From the NCBI GenBank assembly GCA_028023455.1, contig JAQFVV010000003.1:4402001-4466000 (forward strand): 64,000 bases of DNA, read 5' to 3'. The position numbers and the translations under genes were made by a program. The stretch is from Epiperipatus broadwayi. Its lineage: Eukaryota; Animalia; Onychophora. The notes under the pieces were generated by a model, which had not been told where the DNA came from, did no database searches, and worked only from the letters and a program-made list of their open reading frames with translations. Shown one piece after another: positions 26,350-38,879 of the stretch. Every line of letters begins with the position of its first letter. Within the stretch, counting starts at the first letter, position 1.

Positions 26350-27230
26350 ATTGAAAGATAATGTGGCAGTCCTCTTCAATTTCATTTTCAACTGGGTTAA
26401 ATTTTTCTATAACTTTTATAATTTCTTCCCTTATCTGTCCATATCCTCTTTTAATTTGAGACTCCAGTTTTTCAAATATTTCATTTTGTTTTTCAAATTT
26501 TATGGCTGTCTCTTTGTTTTGATTTTCTATTTTTTAATATTTATTTTTTTTATTTTTTTATTTTCAAACTTTATGACTGTCTCTTTATTTTGACTTTCTG
26601 TTTTTATAATATTTTCTTTTTTTTGATTTTCAAGATTAAATATTTTTTGAACATTTTCCTCATCATTGCCATAAACTCATCTTTATTTAAGAATTCTTCC
26701 TCAATGTGTACTTTGTTGCTCACTGAAAATGCTTTCTGTTTCTTTTTCTGGAGTCTGCATTCTTGCTTTCAATCTAGTATGCATCTAATTAATCATAATA
26801 TTTAATTACAATATTTATTTTATTTTAATAACACTATTTAAAATAATTTCTGCTTAATTTTTTATTCAATGGATTTATGTGACTATTCACCCTTTCACTC
26901 TGTACCCCTATTTATTATTACCTACCTGATTATTTTATTACCTGCCAATTCACTAGTTTGCCATATTTGTGCACATTTAATTTATATTATTTGCTTATAT
27001 TTTCTCTTAACATCAAAATTCAACAAATATAAAATTCAATTCAGTTTATAATTTAACTGTTAGCCTCCTCTCTTTTCCCACATTTCTTGCTAAATTATTA
27101 TTCTTTTATTAAATACCAGAGTTATTATCAAGCACTCTTGCTAAATGCCAATTGTAATGATCTATTGTTTTTAGTATTAGATACCAAGCATCATGCTCAA
27201 GCACTCATGTTGGACACCAATTGTAACAAT
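26350..27230 (-). mobile_element. 5' remnant of an LTR retrotransposon (PBS, leader, coiled-coil gag-like fragment)
   Basis: Minus strand tgttaca-at-TGGTGTCCAACATGAG (27201-27228) resembles the tRNA-Lys PBS TGGCGCCCAACGTGGGGC with transition decay. A K/E-rich broken frame lies at ~26350-26790. Confidence 0.45.
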
Positions 27231-27349
27231 TTTTCTATTTTTAGACGATCATAAAATAGAAATTGTAGAACCATAAAATCATAAAGTATTAGAACAGATT
27301 CCTTTAAAAATAACTGCTAAATAGAAATAGAATGTTCCAATGATGTAGT

Positions 27350-28080
27350 AGAAATAAAGTGTATAAAAGATCAACAAAGCTTAGATATGAAGTTTCCAAG
27401 TGTTTAACAATTATAACAAAGTGAGGAAATAAAAGCTAAAGATAGTCAAGAAACCATAAATGAAGTATGATTGGAAAATAAAATTATTTCCAAAAAAATA
27501 GAAAATTTAAAAAAATAAGTTTTATAATGACATGGTGAGAATGGAAAATTTAGAAATCCAAGTGATGAATCATAAATGTGTAGCACAAGTTTATAAAGTT
27601 ATACATTGCAGAATAAGGGAAAGGTTAAAAATAAATGTTAAAAAAGTCACTGTTGTGATAGCAAAGAAAAGGAGGAATAGAGCTTCTAGAAAACAAATTA
27701 AATATCCATTCCAATGGGAAATTCATAGTAAGAGTGACAATATAATAGATGGTAGTATAGATAGAGAAATTTTCTTACTATCCCATTTGAAAATGCAGAG
27801 TATTTGAAAATTACATGGAGAGAGGAAAGCTTAATCCCAGTTTAATACTGCTATAATTTGAATGGTTTTATCTAATCAAAGATCTAGGATTAGATTAATG
27901 ACTTAATGAGTTTATGATGAATGGAGATAAATTATAATTTTACAGAAACATATTTGGATTTAAGTAAAAATCTCAAAAATTGATTACATAAATTGCTCTA
28001 ATTATTAATACTCTTAGTCTACCCTGGTTTAAAGTAAAAGAGGGAATAAAAATTTTATTGCATGATTTTAAATTTTATAA
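27350..28080 (+). mobile_element. Heavily decayed LINE fragment (ORF1 tail / APE start, CR1-like)
   Basis: Purine-rich broken frames. YNFTETYL near 27940 resembles the APE I.ITETWL motif. Confidence 0.25.
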
Positions 28081-28594
28081 ATCCAATAATATTTACTTAT
28101 TAAATTAAAAAAAAGACAACAATGACATATTAGATCATAGGGTTTGAACTTGGGTTTAGTTAATGGAAATTTATAAAAGATCTGATAGGTAAAACTAATA
28201 ACTCAAGATGCATATAAATAATAACCTATACAGTCATATATATGCAGATAGATGGACAATTGATATCATTTAGTATTTAAAACGAGTGAAGTTCAAATTT
28301 TATCTTGTAATCATGATGTGTTATAGAGACCAATAATTATTGTCTGTGCACATTTGATTTTAAAAATAAAAATTGTTTACAGTCAAATTGATATGTTATC
28401 TGTAAAAGTAGATAAATATTTATCAATTTTACAAAAATATTGATCTAAAATCAAAAAAAAAAAAAGTAAATTGTATTTTGTTTAATTTCTAAAAAAGTAT
28501 TAGGTGTGTGAACTAGGTATTGTGTTTTCACTAATTGGTGTTCCTTCTCCATTTATATGCTTTCAAATTTGTGTGATTCACTTTAGCATTCAAA

Positions 28595-29560
28595 ATGCTA
28601 TCGATACAGAATGACAATAATGACAGTGATGAGGAAGAAATGAACCAAGACAGTGCAGAAAGAGATAAAAGTACTCACAAGGAATCTGGAACTAGTTCTG
28701 GATCAGAAGACGATGATAGTTCAGAACTTGATGAAGAAGATTGTGAGAGGTGGCGGTCTGAGTGCTTGGATGATATGGCCGATTTGGAGTGACACTTTAT
28801 GGATTTGAAAGAACAACTTTACCAAGAAAACGTCACACAAGTAGAAACCAAACTAGAAGAAGTTAAGTCAGGTCATGCCTCAGAATACCTTCAACCTTTA
28901 GCTCAATTGCAAGACAATATGAGACTACGAACTCAAGTTTCAGGTATTTTAAGAGAATTAAAAGTTGCTAACATTAATAATAAATATGAAGCTGAGGAGC
29001 AGGCTACTAATCATAATTTCAAGAGTGATAAAATTATTTTATTTAACACTGTAAAAAGTGAAGTTGAAGAAAAGATAAGAAGGCTTGAAGAAGATCGTAA
29101 TAATATTGATATAACTTCAGATATTTGGAATGAACAATCAAGTATGAAATGCAAACATAAAGCAGACTCTATGACTCCTGATAAATGGAAGAAACCTGTA
29201 ACTGTGTATGGTCCATATATTGTATATATGCTTAGTGAATTAGATATATTAGAGGATTGGACAGCAATTAAAAAGGCTTTAAAAGCTTCCAAAAGAAAAT
29301 CTGAACATGTTTTTCGAACAAAAAAGACTCCCTATATAGCTCGATTTGAAGAAGGCAAATTATATTATGAAGGCCAGTGGTATCGAAAAGGACAGCAAAT
29401 CCTCATTGAGAATAAACTGGAATCCCCTTTACTGGCTACGATAACATCTGTCAATACAGGAGAAGTTTGTGTGAGACAGCAAAGTGGAGTTAAGTCCAAG
29501 TTATATATAGGACATTTACAAAGAGGAAAATATGTAATTCAGCATTCACATAATACATAG
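28595..29560 (+). pseudogene. BRMS1L: Intronless BRMS1-like (Sds3 family, Sin3/HDAC complex) retrocopy with one in-frame stop
   Basis: The two track ORFs are in the same frame, separated by TGA at 28790-28792 (DLE*HFMDLKEQLY). EEKIRRLEEDR, GPYIVYML..LDILEDW and SKLYIGHLQRGKY match BRMS1L. No introns across the whole CDS. Confidence 0.92.
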
Positions 29561-30399
29561 TTATGTGCTCATTTACAGGGAAGTACTTTAAAAAATAATT
29601 AATATATGTATATAAAAAAGAGAGAAAAAAATATTCTGTGATGTACTTTGGATGTAAGTATCAAAAGAGTATTATTTTTGTAATACAAATAGGGTAATAT
29701 ATTTTTATTGATAAAAAACTATTTTATAATTGTTTTGTATAATACTAATCAAAATGGGACAAATATTATGTAGATATTTTTTTTCTTTTCCAAATTTAAT
29801 GTTGAAATTACAGAATTTGATCTGAGTATTTTCATACTGTAATGCTTATGATGCTTTCCTTTTACTCCATTTGTATAAAATTAAGAATATTTGTACCAGT
29901 GATATTTCTTTTATAAATGCAAATATATAAGTGGCAGCAGGCTGTTTCACTAGTTCAGTTGTATATATTAAATTAATAATAAAAGAAAATTGGTAATAAA
30001 AAAGTATTATTAGTATTATTTTTTTTTTAAAAAAAAATATTGCAAAACCATTGTCATTTTAAAATAGATCAAATACTTGCTACTAAGCAAATGTTGTTCT
30101 AACAAGAAGGGGGGGGGGATGGTTGACCAATAAACGGCCTGCAAACAATCTTTTCAAAAGAGAGGGGGAAAAGATGCAGGATAAAAAAAAACAAAAAAGT
30201 TTTTTACAAAAAAAAAAAAAAAAAATAACAGGGTTTTATCTTTTTTTATATTTTAAAAAGTTGTATAAAAATTTCATGAAATATTATTATTTTCAACAAA
30301 GAAAAAGCAATAGATTTTAACTATGCAATTATTTATTGGATAATTATAAACTTCATATTTAAAATAATGGAATAACTTAATCGGTTTCTACTGGGCAAA

Positions 30400-32773
30400 T
30401 CTACGGGCAATAATTCCTAACAATCTCTTGGAAGTTATTATATTGAGGAAATAATCTGAGTTGAATAACATGTGCATATTAAAAGAATATCAACAAAAAT
30501 ACTCACTGGAAGAGAACAATAATGGTTCCATGTTTAAAATGAATTTCAATGATAAACAAAAGGAAATAGGTGAATACAGTTAAATACTCAGCAAAAACAA
30601 ATAAAAGAAAGGTAAATCTCTGGGAAACAGCTAAGTATATATTTTTAAAAAGTCAATAGAACTAAATTAATAATAGCTGAAAAGTGTTCATTGCCATTAA
30701 GGCTACGTATAAAATCCTGATTGCAATAAGTTTGATGGGAGAAGTAAGGAATCTGAACAATACCGATGGGAATGTTACTTTCTATAGGGCTTTAAAAAAA
30801 AAAAAGTTGAATGATATATATATATTTGATTGAAATCATGATGAGCGTGCTGTATAGGATGGATGGAAATATCTGTCATCTACAATGAATGAGGCAAGCC
30901 AGAAATAATCTATTACTAAACAAAAACAAAAGGAATGACTACTGTTGCAATAACCCAAGGCCTTGCGAATTTGGGAATGGTAATAAACTTCAGAGAAAGA
31001 AGAAAATAAAAGTGATAATCAGTTTATGAAGTGTGGAACAATCAGAACATCAGGAAAATTTAAAGTTATTATTATTTTTTTAGAGCTGGTAATTTAAAAA
31101 GATGACTGGTTCCTAATGTTTGTATTTATATGACTTAATCTATGAATTGTTAGTACAATAGGGGGTGGGGGTGGACTAAATCAGCGGTTAGTTGGAATTA
31201 ATAAGTGAATATCAGTAGTTATTTAAAAGTTATGTTGTTATTAAATATTATTAGTGATTTGAATGAACAAATATAACCAATATCCTAGAATGAAATGTAT
31301 AATAATGTATTTAACACTATATATACGTGATTAAGAGGACAGGGTGTGTTTACATGTACTAATTGATAAACAAAAACGATGATATTTTCTTATGGGAAAT
31401 GTAAAGATATTAATTTTGTTTTTCTTGTAAACATCCTGAATTATAACAATCTTTTCTCAATTGTTTTATATTGTTACTTTATCACTAGGTATACAACTTT
31501 ATTACAATTATTATTTTGAAGTTTGAAATAAAAGACCATGAATTTAGAAAAAATGAGAATGATTGTTTAATAAAAAACTGGATGTGTGATATATAAGCAT
31601 ATACATAAAGGTAAATATCCCAACAACCGATGGGACAGTATTAATTTTGTTTCATTATAAACACCCCAAATATTAATTTTACATTGTTTTTATTCTTATT
31701 ATAGTATGTTTGTATACAACTTTATTATAACAGTTATTTTAAATTACTTGTTAATGGGAATGTTTATTGTAATGATTTGTAAATAATGTTATTAAAATTA
31801 TAGTTTTGAAAGTTTGCTTAAGTTCTAAATGTTGCATTTCTTTTCTGGGCTCATTGTCACAACATCACATGAACTCAAAATGTACAGGTTGAAATGAAAA
31901 TGAGAAATCAATTCAGTTTAGAGCAATCTAACAATTTACTAAGCACCCATTTCTTAATAGAGATTTTTACTTGCTACATGCTGCCTTGATCCTATACGTC
32001 ATTGATGACATTGCCAATTATTAAGATGTGTCAATTAATATGAAATTAAATGATAAATTAATTATTAGTGAAAGTATTGGTGTTAATTACAGTTTAATTA
32101 ACAATATTATTTTAATAATAAGTATTAAAGAACATGAATATAAAGCTTGATTATAGATTTAAATTATAAGCCTTTCTTAATTTGTGCACTGCCCATGGAA
32201 ATCCATAAAATCCCTCTTGATATTCCATAGGTAGTATGAAGAATTAATGAAATCAATGATTATCCTGAGATCTCCTTATTGTAAAGTTATTCTTATGATT
32301 ATTGCCAATCTTAATTATCAAAAATAATAGGAATCAAAGTTTATCTGTAATTATATAACAGATTAATTTAATGAGTGATTGAATTAAAACCTAATAGATA
32401 TGATATAATATATTGGATATTATTGTTAGTCATGAGAGTGTGCAGTCACTTAATAAGGAGGAGTAACTGGGTATTCTCATACCATTGAACAAATATTTTG
32501 TATTTGTTTAATGTTAAGAGGATGTGATCTGTTTATACGTAAATGAGTCTCACATTGATTATATTTAAAATACATCTTATTGTAGAAATGTTTCATCATG
32601 TAAAGTAAATTGGGATAAATACTAGCCTTACCTAAATTTAATTAATATAGTTAAAGAAAATCGTTGGGAAATAGTAAGTCTGTGTTAATAGTACCTAGCC
32701 AGAGTCCAAATAGGGCTTAATGTAGGGGCTTGGCATTTCTGCTTAGGGTCATACCCCCTATAGACAGGCCACA
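30400..32773 (+). mobile_element. Old retroelement 3' segment (dispersed repeat, copy B, homologous to 9294-10800)
   Basis: Inverted homology to copy A over >1 kb. Both copies share the terminus (..gacaggccaca / tgtatcc..). Internal ~130-bp diverged direct repeat at 31390-31520 / 31630-31745. Confidence 0.6.
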
Positions 32774-33084
32774 ATATGTATGATGCATTGACAATAGATT
32801 GAGTTCATTGATTGTTATTGATATTGGAATTGTCTTAGTGTTAACTGATTCCTATGTATATACTTTGATACAACACACAATGATTTATTTATCTAGGAAA
32901 CAATGTGTACAATGTTTTTTGAAAGATGATTATTATGATATAATAATCTCAAACTATACAACATTATTCTTACTTTATAATTATATAAATCACTCTTTGT
33001 GAATAATATTATAATACATTACAGTCATACTAATCATATTTTGTAATTAGCATTAAATTAATTGAATAGTTTATTTCTTTGAAA

Positions 33085-33185
33085 TTCATAAGACTGAGCA
33101 CCAAAAGTGGCTGAGTAGAACCATAATCCATAGAGTTTGAAGTACAAATTGATCACTCTATTATTGCCCTAAACCATGCCAGACA
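33085..33185 (-). mobile_element. tRNA-derived SINE fragment
   Basis: The minus-strand head ggcatggtttagggcaataatagagtg and tail ggtgctcagtcttatg resemble the copies at 35683 and 43531-43792. Confidence 0.5.
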
Positions 33186-35103
33186 TTTTGTAATTAAACT
33201 ATTATAATATATTATAATCACCTAAATAATTTTTTTTACATACTTCAATAAAATCATTTTTTGATGTTATTGTATATTGCATTGACCCAAATCATATTGC
33301 TTCATTATTATTGATATATTACAATCACCGAAATTATAATGGATTTATTATTGTTTTGTTATTATCACTTATGTAGCATATGTTTCATCTTTTTCTTTCT
33401 GTTTAAGTTTTTTTCCGGGAGTAGGGTTGGGATGGTATGCAATATATAGATGAGCTTCCTATTCATCATAAATATTTCTGCATAATTTATTATTTGTTTT
33501 TATAAATATTAATTAAAATCATTATTTCAATTAATAAAAGGATTGTCAAATACAAAATGTAGACATTACTAAAGAGTAAAAAATGTAAAAATCAGCATAA
33601 AAATCTTAATAAATAAATAAAAAGATAAAATTAACTAAGTATCTAAGCATATACTAGTTGATAATGATAAAATAGTAAATGAAAACAAAAAAATAAAAAT
33701 TAGCAGTGATATATTAAATATTTACAGAAAGGTGTGAGCAGTCTTATAATTAGTTGAGTCAGTCTGGCTTTTAGTAAAACGGAAAGCTAATTTTATGACT
33801 GGAGAACTTGATTAGGGCATAAACAATAGGGAAACAACTAACTTAAACTACATTCCAATACAGGTCTGGAAGTCAAAAGAATACTGCAAGATGTATTTAA
33901 TAATATACTAATAAATGGATTTTTTTGCTTTTTATTTTCTCTTACTTTACCTTAGTTTCTTCACTCATTTAGGTTAGTATAGAGTCTGATCATTACAAGC
34001 TTTTCATGCCATTGATCACTTCTCTATTAACTATGATAATGGGATTGTATTCTTATGTAATTATATTTCCATACTTTAATTACATGCACAATAATTTTTT
34101 TAATGTATTTCTATCATTTTTTTTCTTCTGGATTTAGAATGGTCAAATACATTTATGAATGGCTTTTAGTAATGTGGATAAGTACTATTAGTATATTTTG
34201 TTATAGGGCATATAATAATAATTTGATAATGCATAATTTCTGTTAGAGATAACATTTTTTTAATTTGTTGATTATATTTTTCATCTTACATTGAAAGCTG
34301 TACCGAATTTCATCTTTTTTTCCTCTAACAATCTTCATAAGTAGAATATACCTTTTTTGTAGCTTTTAATTTTGTTTTACTTTATTCTATTTTGCTTATA
34401 TTTAAATAATTGATTGACTAATAAATCATGCACAATAAAAATATAAACAGCTTATCATTATAAAATAATAGGTTGACTTTACCTTCTTTTTGTCATTTAA
34501 TGTAAGTCTTAGAAAGCAATGATAATTGCTAGATGACAGTAGTATTTAATAAATGCCTATCTTATTGTTTCCTATCTAAAATCTCCAGACTAATTTTAAG
34601 CTTATGACTTTTATGAATGACGTGTTTTGGATATTGGGACAGTGCAAATTGGACTTTGGGAACTAATGCATCTTCCTTCCAGCTCCTGTCATTTATTCTA
34701 CGTTATACTATCAAGCTAATGGCCCAAACTTAAAAATATATAAATGTTTTTAATCTAAGCCAGTTTGCTTATATAGCCATGTAACTCTGAATCCAGTTCA
34801 GTTTCTATATATATTATGGTGTCATAATAACTAAAGTCACCTCCATCTCATGACCAGGATTTGATATAAACTAATAAAACATCACATGATCTAAAACATG
34901 TCTTTAGCTTATATATTATAATGATAATGATCGAAAATAATGATGATGATATAAGCAAGTGGTTTATATTGAAAGCATATATAAGTTTTTCACTTTGGTT
35001 GTTAGCTTGATAGCACAATGTAAAAGTAAATAGTAGGAATTTGGAAGGCATGTGCATTAGATCCCAAGGTCCAATTGCATGTTACAAGAACCAAAACTCC
35101 TCC

Positions 35104-35133
35104 CTGATGAAAGCCATAATTTGGAAATTAGTC
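35104..35133 (+). ncRNA. Decayed minimal hammerhead motif (PLE type)
   Basis: CTGATGA-aagcca-taat-ttgg-aaa-TTAG-TC, consistent with decay of CTGATGA..GCC..GGC-GAAA-CTAG-TC. Confidence 0.4.
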
Positions 35134-35682
35134 TAGTGATTTTGGATAGTAAAGCAGGATAATAAACACTGCCATCTGGCAACTATCATTGCTTTCTAAA
35201 ACTCGCATTGAGTGGCGAAAAAAGATGACAAAATATGTTACTGAAACAACAATATATGAGCTAAAGCCATGTAATAAGTCATGCGATGTTATACTGATTA
35301 TTGTAAAATATTTCGTCATACTCTATAGAATGATATTAATAAAAATCATCAGGAATTGATAGCGACTTGACGGCAAACAATAATTTAACAAATGAGTTTT
35401 ATATTTAAAAAAAAAAAAAATCCGAAATAAACGAATTTAAGCCAACATTTAATTACATTTTATTACCATTATTTTTTTACTTTTTTAAATTTTTGCGAAG
35501 TGAAACTATATTATTGATAAGATATAATTTTATCTTTTAGTTACAAAAAATATTAGATAGCTGGAGTAAATGAATATGTTTTAAATTTTATATTTGTTAG
35601 AATCATAGTAATTTTTTATTAAATTTGATAAATTGAGGAAAAAGATTAATTTGTGTAGGCTATATTTTTGTATGGCTTGGTG

Positions 35683-35750
35683 CAATAATAGAGTGGCAGA
35701 CTCTGGAGCATAAAATCCACGAGTCATTTCCAGCTTTGCCATTTCTGACA
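35683..35750 (+). mobile_element. tRNA-derived SINE head
   Basis: ggcttggtgcaataatagagtggcagactctggagc...ttccagctttgcca has a tRNA-like layout similar to MIR-type heads. Confidence 0.45.
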
Positions 35751-35760
35751 TTTAAACTTC

Positions 35761-35939
35761 GCAGAGGTAAAACTCTCCATACAGTAGCGCAACTCATTGC
35801 AAGCCAGAGTAATCAATAGATACAGGAAGGTTTATGCATAAAATCCCTATTTAGTGTCTACTCATCCAATATTCTGCATCCATTGATTTTTCTGGCTTGT
35901 ACTGCATACCGCTACTGTATGGAGAGTTTTACCCCTGTG
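35761..35939. repeat. Inverted repeat / MITE-like hairpin
   Basis: gcagaggtaaaactctccatacagtagcg pairs with cgctactgtatggagagttttacccctgt. Inner arms gcaagccagagtaatcaat / attgatttttctggcttgt. No TSD found. Confidence 0.75.
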
Positions 35940-37087
35940 AAAAACAGTTTGTGAAAACCTAAAGAATGGTGAAACTCCAGAGGTATAAAACCATTTGATT
36001 ATTTATTTAATTTACTGTATATCTAAGGATATAATTTCATTTGATCTTTTATAAAAATAGTAATTAATAGCTATATATATAAATATATTTTGATAGTTTG
36101 CCATAATTATTATACTAATATAAATAGAAATACTAAATCAGTTTAAATATGTTTATTGAATTATTAATACCAATTATACTTTCGAAGCTTTCCATGAATA
36201 TGCATAGCATCGAAAGTATACTTGGGAATAATAAATAATTCAATAAATATTTTAAAATGCTAGTATTTCTTTTTATATTAATATATATATATTCTTTAGA
36301 TCTTATGGTAAAAAAGGATATTATCTAAGTGTAAGTAATATATAATATTTATTATTTAGAGTTTTTTCTGGATTTAGCTTTTAACATCTGTATCTTAATA
36401 ATATAATAATCTTGATGTTGTATTATGTAATTCTAAGTATAAATGTTGGTTACATTTGAATATAGCACTCTAAACAATCATCTCATATTTATCATATTTA
36501 TTTCTAGATTACTTATTTTCCTATGAGTTACAACTTGATCATTATATAAAAAAATCTTTTTTTTTTTGTTTATTGTAGATATTAGTTTTATTTTTGTTTT
36601 AAGTCTACACTGATTTATTTTCTTAATATTTTTTATTTAATGTTTTACAAACTTTGCAATATGGAAGTTAATAGTAACACACCTCCTGTTGCTCAATTAT
36701 AGACTAGAGCTTGAACATTTATTTATTCAGGAAGTCAAGGCATTTTCTAAAACACTTTCATTTGCTTTTGATATCTAATGTATTTAACCAATTTTAGCTG
36801 AAGGGTATGGTCCCAAATTATTTTGGATTTAACAAATAGTTGATGCATTTACTATATGACATATGCTGCCTCGTGGGTGAGAGAATTGCCATATACTATA
36901 GATTATGTGATTATGGCTTATCTTTACTATTATTTTATATTATTTGATTGTTTTCATTTATTTTGAAAAGATTTCAACTATGTTTTAATAATCATTATAA
37001 ATCTTTAAACTGAATTTATATTTGATGTTTTAACTATTTCATTAGTCACCAGTTATAATTAATTAAAATAAATAAATAAGCATACAG

Positions 37088-37137
37088 TTTTTGGAACATC
37101 ATGTGACTTTCAAGCATGCATTCATTGTATTAAACTG
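37088..37137 (+). CDS. Possible 50-nt exon with a degenerate CRIB-like motif (FGTSCDFQACIHCIKL)
   Basis: cag acceptor and GTATTT donor. Ends in phase 0, compatible with the 52319 exon. The polypyrimidine tract is weak. Confidence 0.25.
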
Positions 37138-37679
37138 GTATTTTTTCCCAATTTTTCTCAGCTGGAAATCATTTTTGACAGTCAACTAAACATATATATA
37201 TATATTATCCCTCCCCCCTCCTGGTTTTCTCTACAATAAAATAAAATGATTATATCTGATTATAGCACTCTGACTTTTTCTAAATCTATTTTGTTTGTCT
37301 GCCATTTTTTTCTGTTGATATATGTTACTTTAATTTCTGGACTTAAAATCACAGTCTTGCAGCAATCAGTAGCATTTTTTTGCTGGTTTTTTGTTCATTT
37401 GAAGAGAAAACTTAGAACTCATATATATTTTGACTTATTAATTGAAAAGACATTAGATGTCATTATCATACAGAGATTCTAATACAAAAGATCAAGACTG
37501 ACAGTTTTTTTATTCTCAAAGTAATTACTGTGCTTGCATAAGTTAATTTTTTCTTCAAATTTCGACATTGGGAATCATATATTTTTCATAATTTGTTAAT
37601 ATATTTATGATAATTTTTGTAAAATATGTGTGAAATATTTACTTTTAGATAAGAATATAATAATTAGATTAAGATTTTA

Positions 37680-38879
37680 GGTACTTGTCTTATAGATAAA
37701 GATGCCGTTCGATGGTGCCATTTTCACGCTAAAACTATAAAATATGAACATCCATGGGCTGTTGATTTTAATCATTTTGATGTGTTTTTTTGTAATGCGA
37801 AAACAAAAACAAAACAAAATCTTTTTTTTTTAAATATTATTTTTTATTAACGTATACAAATTAAATGATAATAATAAATGTAAAATAAAATAAACTAATT
37901 ACAATTTGATTCATGTTTTTTATTTTGCTTTATTAGAAAAATCAATTTTCTATGGTATATTTTTTTACTGGGGTTATGGCTTTACCGCTATTTTTACTTC
38001 ATATAGAATGACAACAAAAAGTAAAAGTTGTTACAGTTAGGTTTAGGGTTAGTTTTAGGGTTAGATTTAGGGTTAGTTTTAGGGTTAGGTTTAGGTTTAG
38101 TGTTCTGTTGTTTGTAATGCTAAAATAAAAAATATCAAAATCGTATTTTTGTAAATATTTTTTTTTAGTAACATCTATAAAATAAATGATAACATACTAT
38201 ATTCAACAAAGTATAACCATAGTCGGAGAAAAGAAAGAAAGTAAAACTTTTTTAAACAACAACAAAAATGTCTTCTTTACTTATTAATCATGTTTATAAT
38301 ATATGCTTTTTATGAAATTTACAAAAAAAACGTGCAGAATTGTACTTTTCTTACTGGATATTTTTGTGTTACTGCTCTTTTTTTACTTCAAAAATATACA
38401 CACGGCAGAATCTTGTTTGTCTTGTGGAATGTTACGAACAGTACGTTACTTGACGCGTTACCTAATTCCAACTCACTTTACACATATATCTTGTCAACAT
38501 TTTCCCAATTAAAACTTCAATACAGTACGGTGTAAAAAGTCTGATAATTATTACTTTACAAAATCTGAACATTTCAATACTTTAAAATAAAAAAAAATCC
38601 AATGAAAACAACATTTCCATCCAATTCAAAAAAACACACCCTCTCACCAAGCCGTAACCATTTTATAAACTGTGCGAATTCAGAAAATGTATTTGCTGCG
38701 ATGCAACATACATGCTGTGCTGCGACGCGACATAGCAGCCTGCAATCTGTAGCACAACAAAAAAGTTGTATTATAGAAAACGCGGGTTCGAATGTGTTGG
38801 GTGCGGAAACGACATTTTTATGTGTTTTAGTGTGAAAACAGCACCACAGAGCAGCATTTTTACCTATAAGACTAGTACC
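37680..38879. mobile_element. Merlin-like DNA transposon (defective), 1200 bp
   Basis: ~55-bp TIRs starting GGTAC (fits the GGNRM rule). Perfect 8-bp TSD agatttta at 37672-37679 and 38880-38887. CpG-richer interior with CxxC remnants (CLSCG, CVGCG). Confidence 0.82.
38036..38100 (+). repeat. Telomere-like 12-bp tandem repeat (variants of GTTTTAGGGTTA) inside the Merlin-like element
   Basis: About five 12-bp units containing TTAGGG/TTAGG. Confidence 0.85.

Noticed and set aside
35290-35352. Minus-strand CTGATGA...GAAA hammerhead
   Set aside because: Stem II and stem I do not pair convincingly.
38036-38100. True or relic telomere
   Set aside because: Short, degenerate and enclosed within a TIR element.
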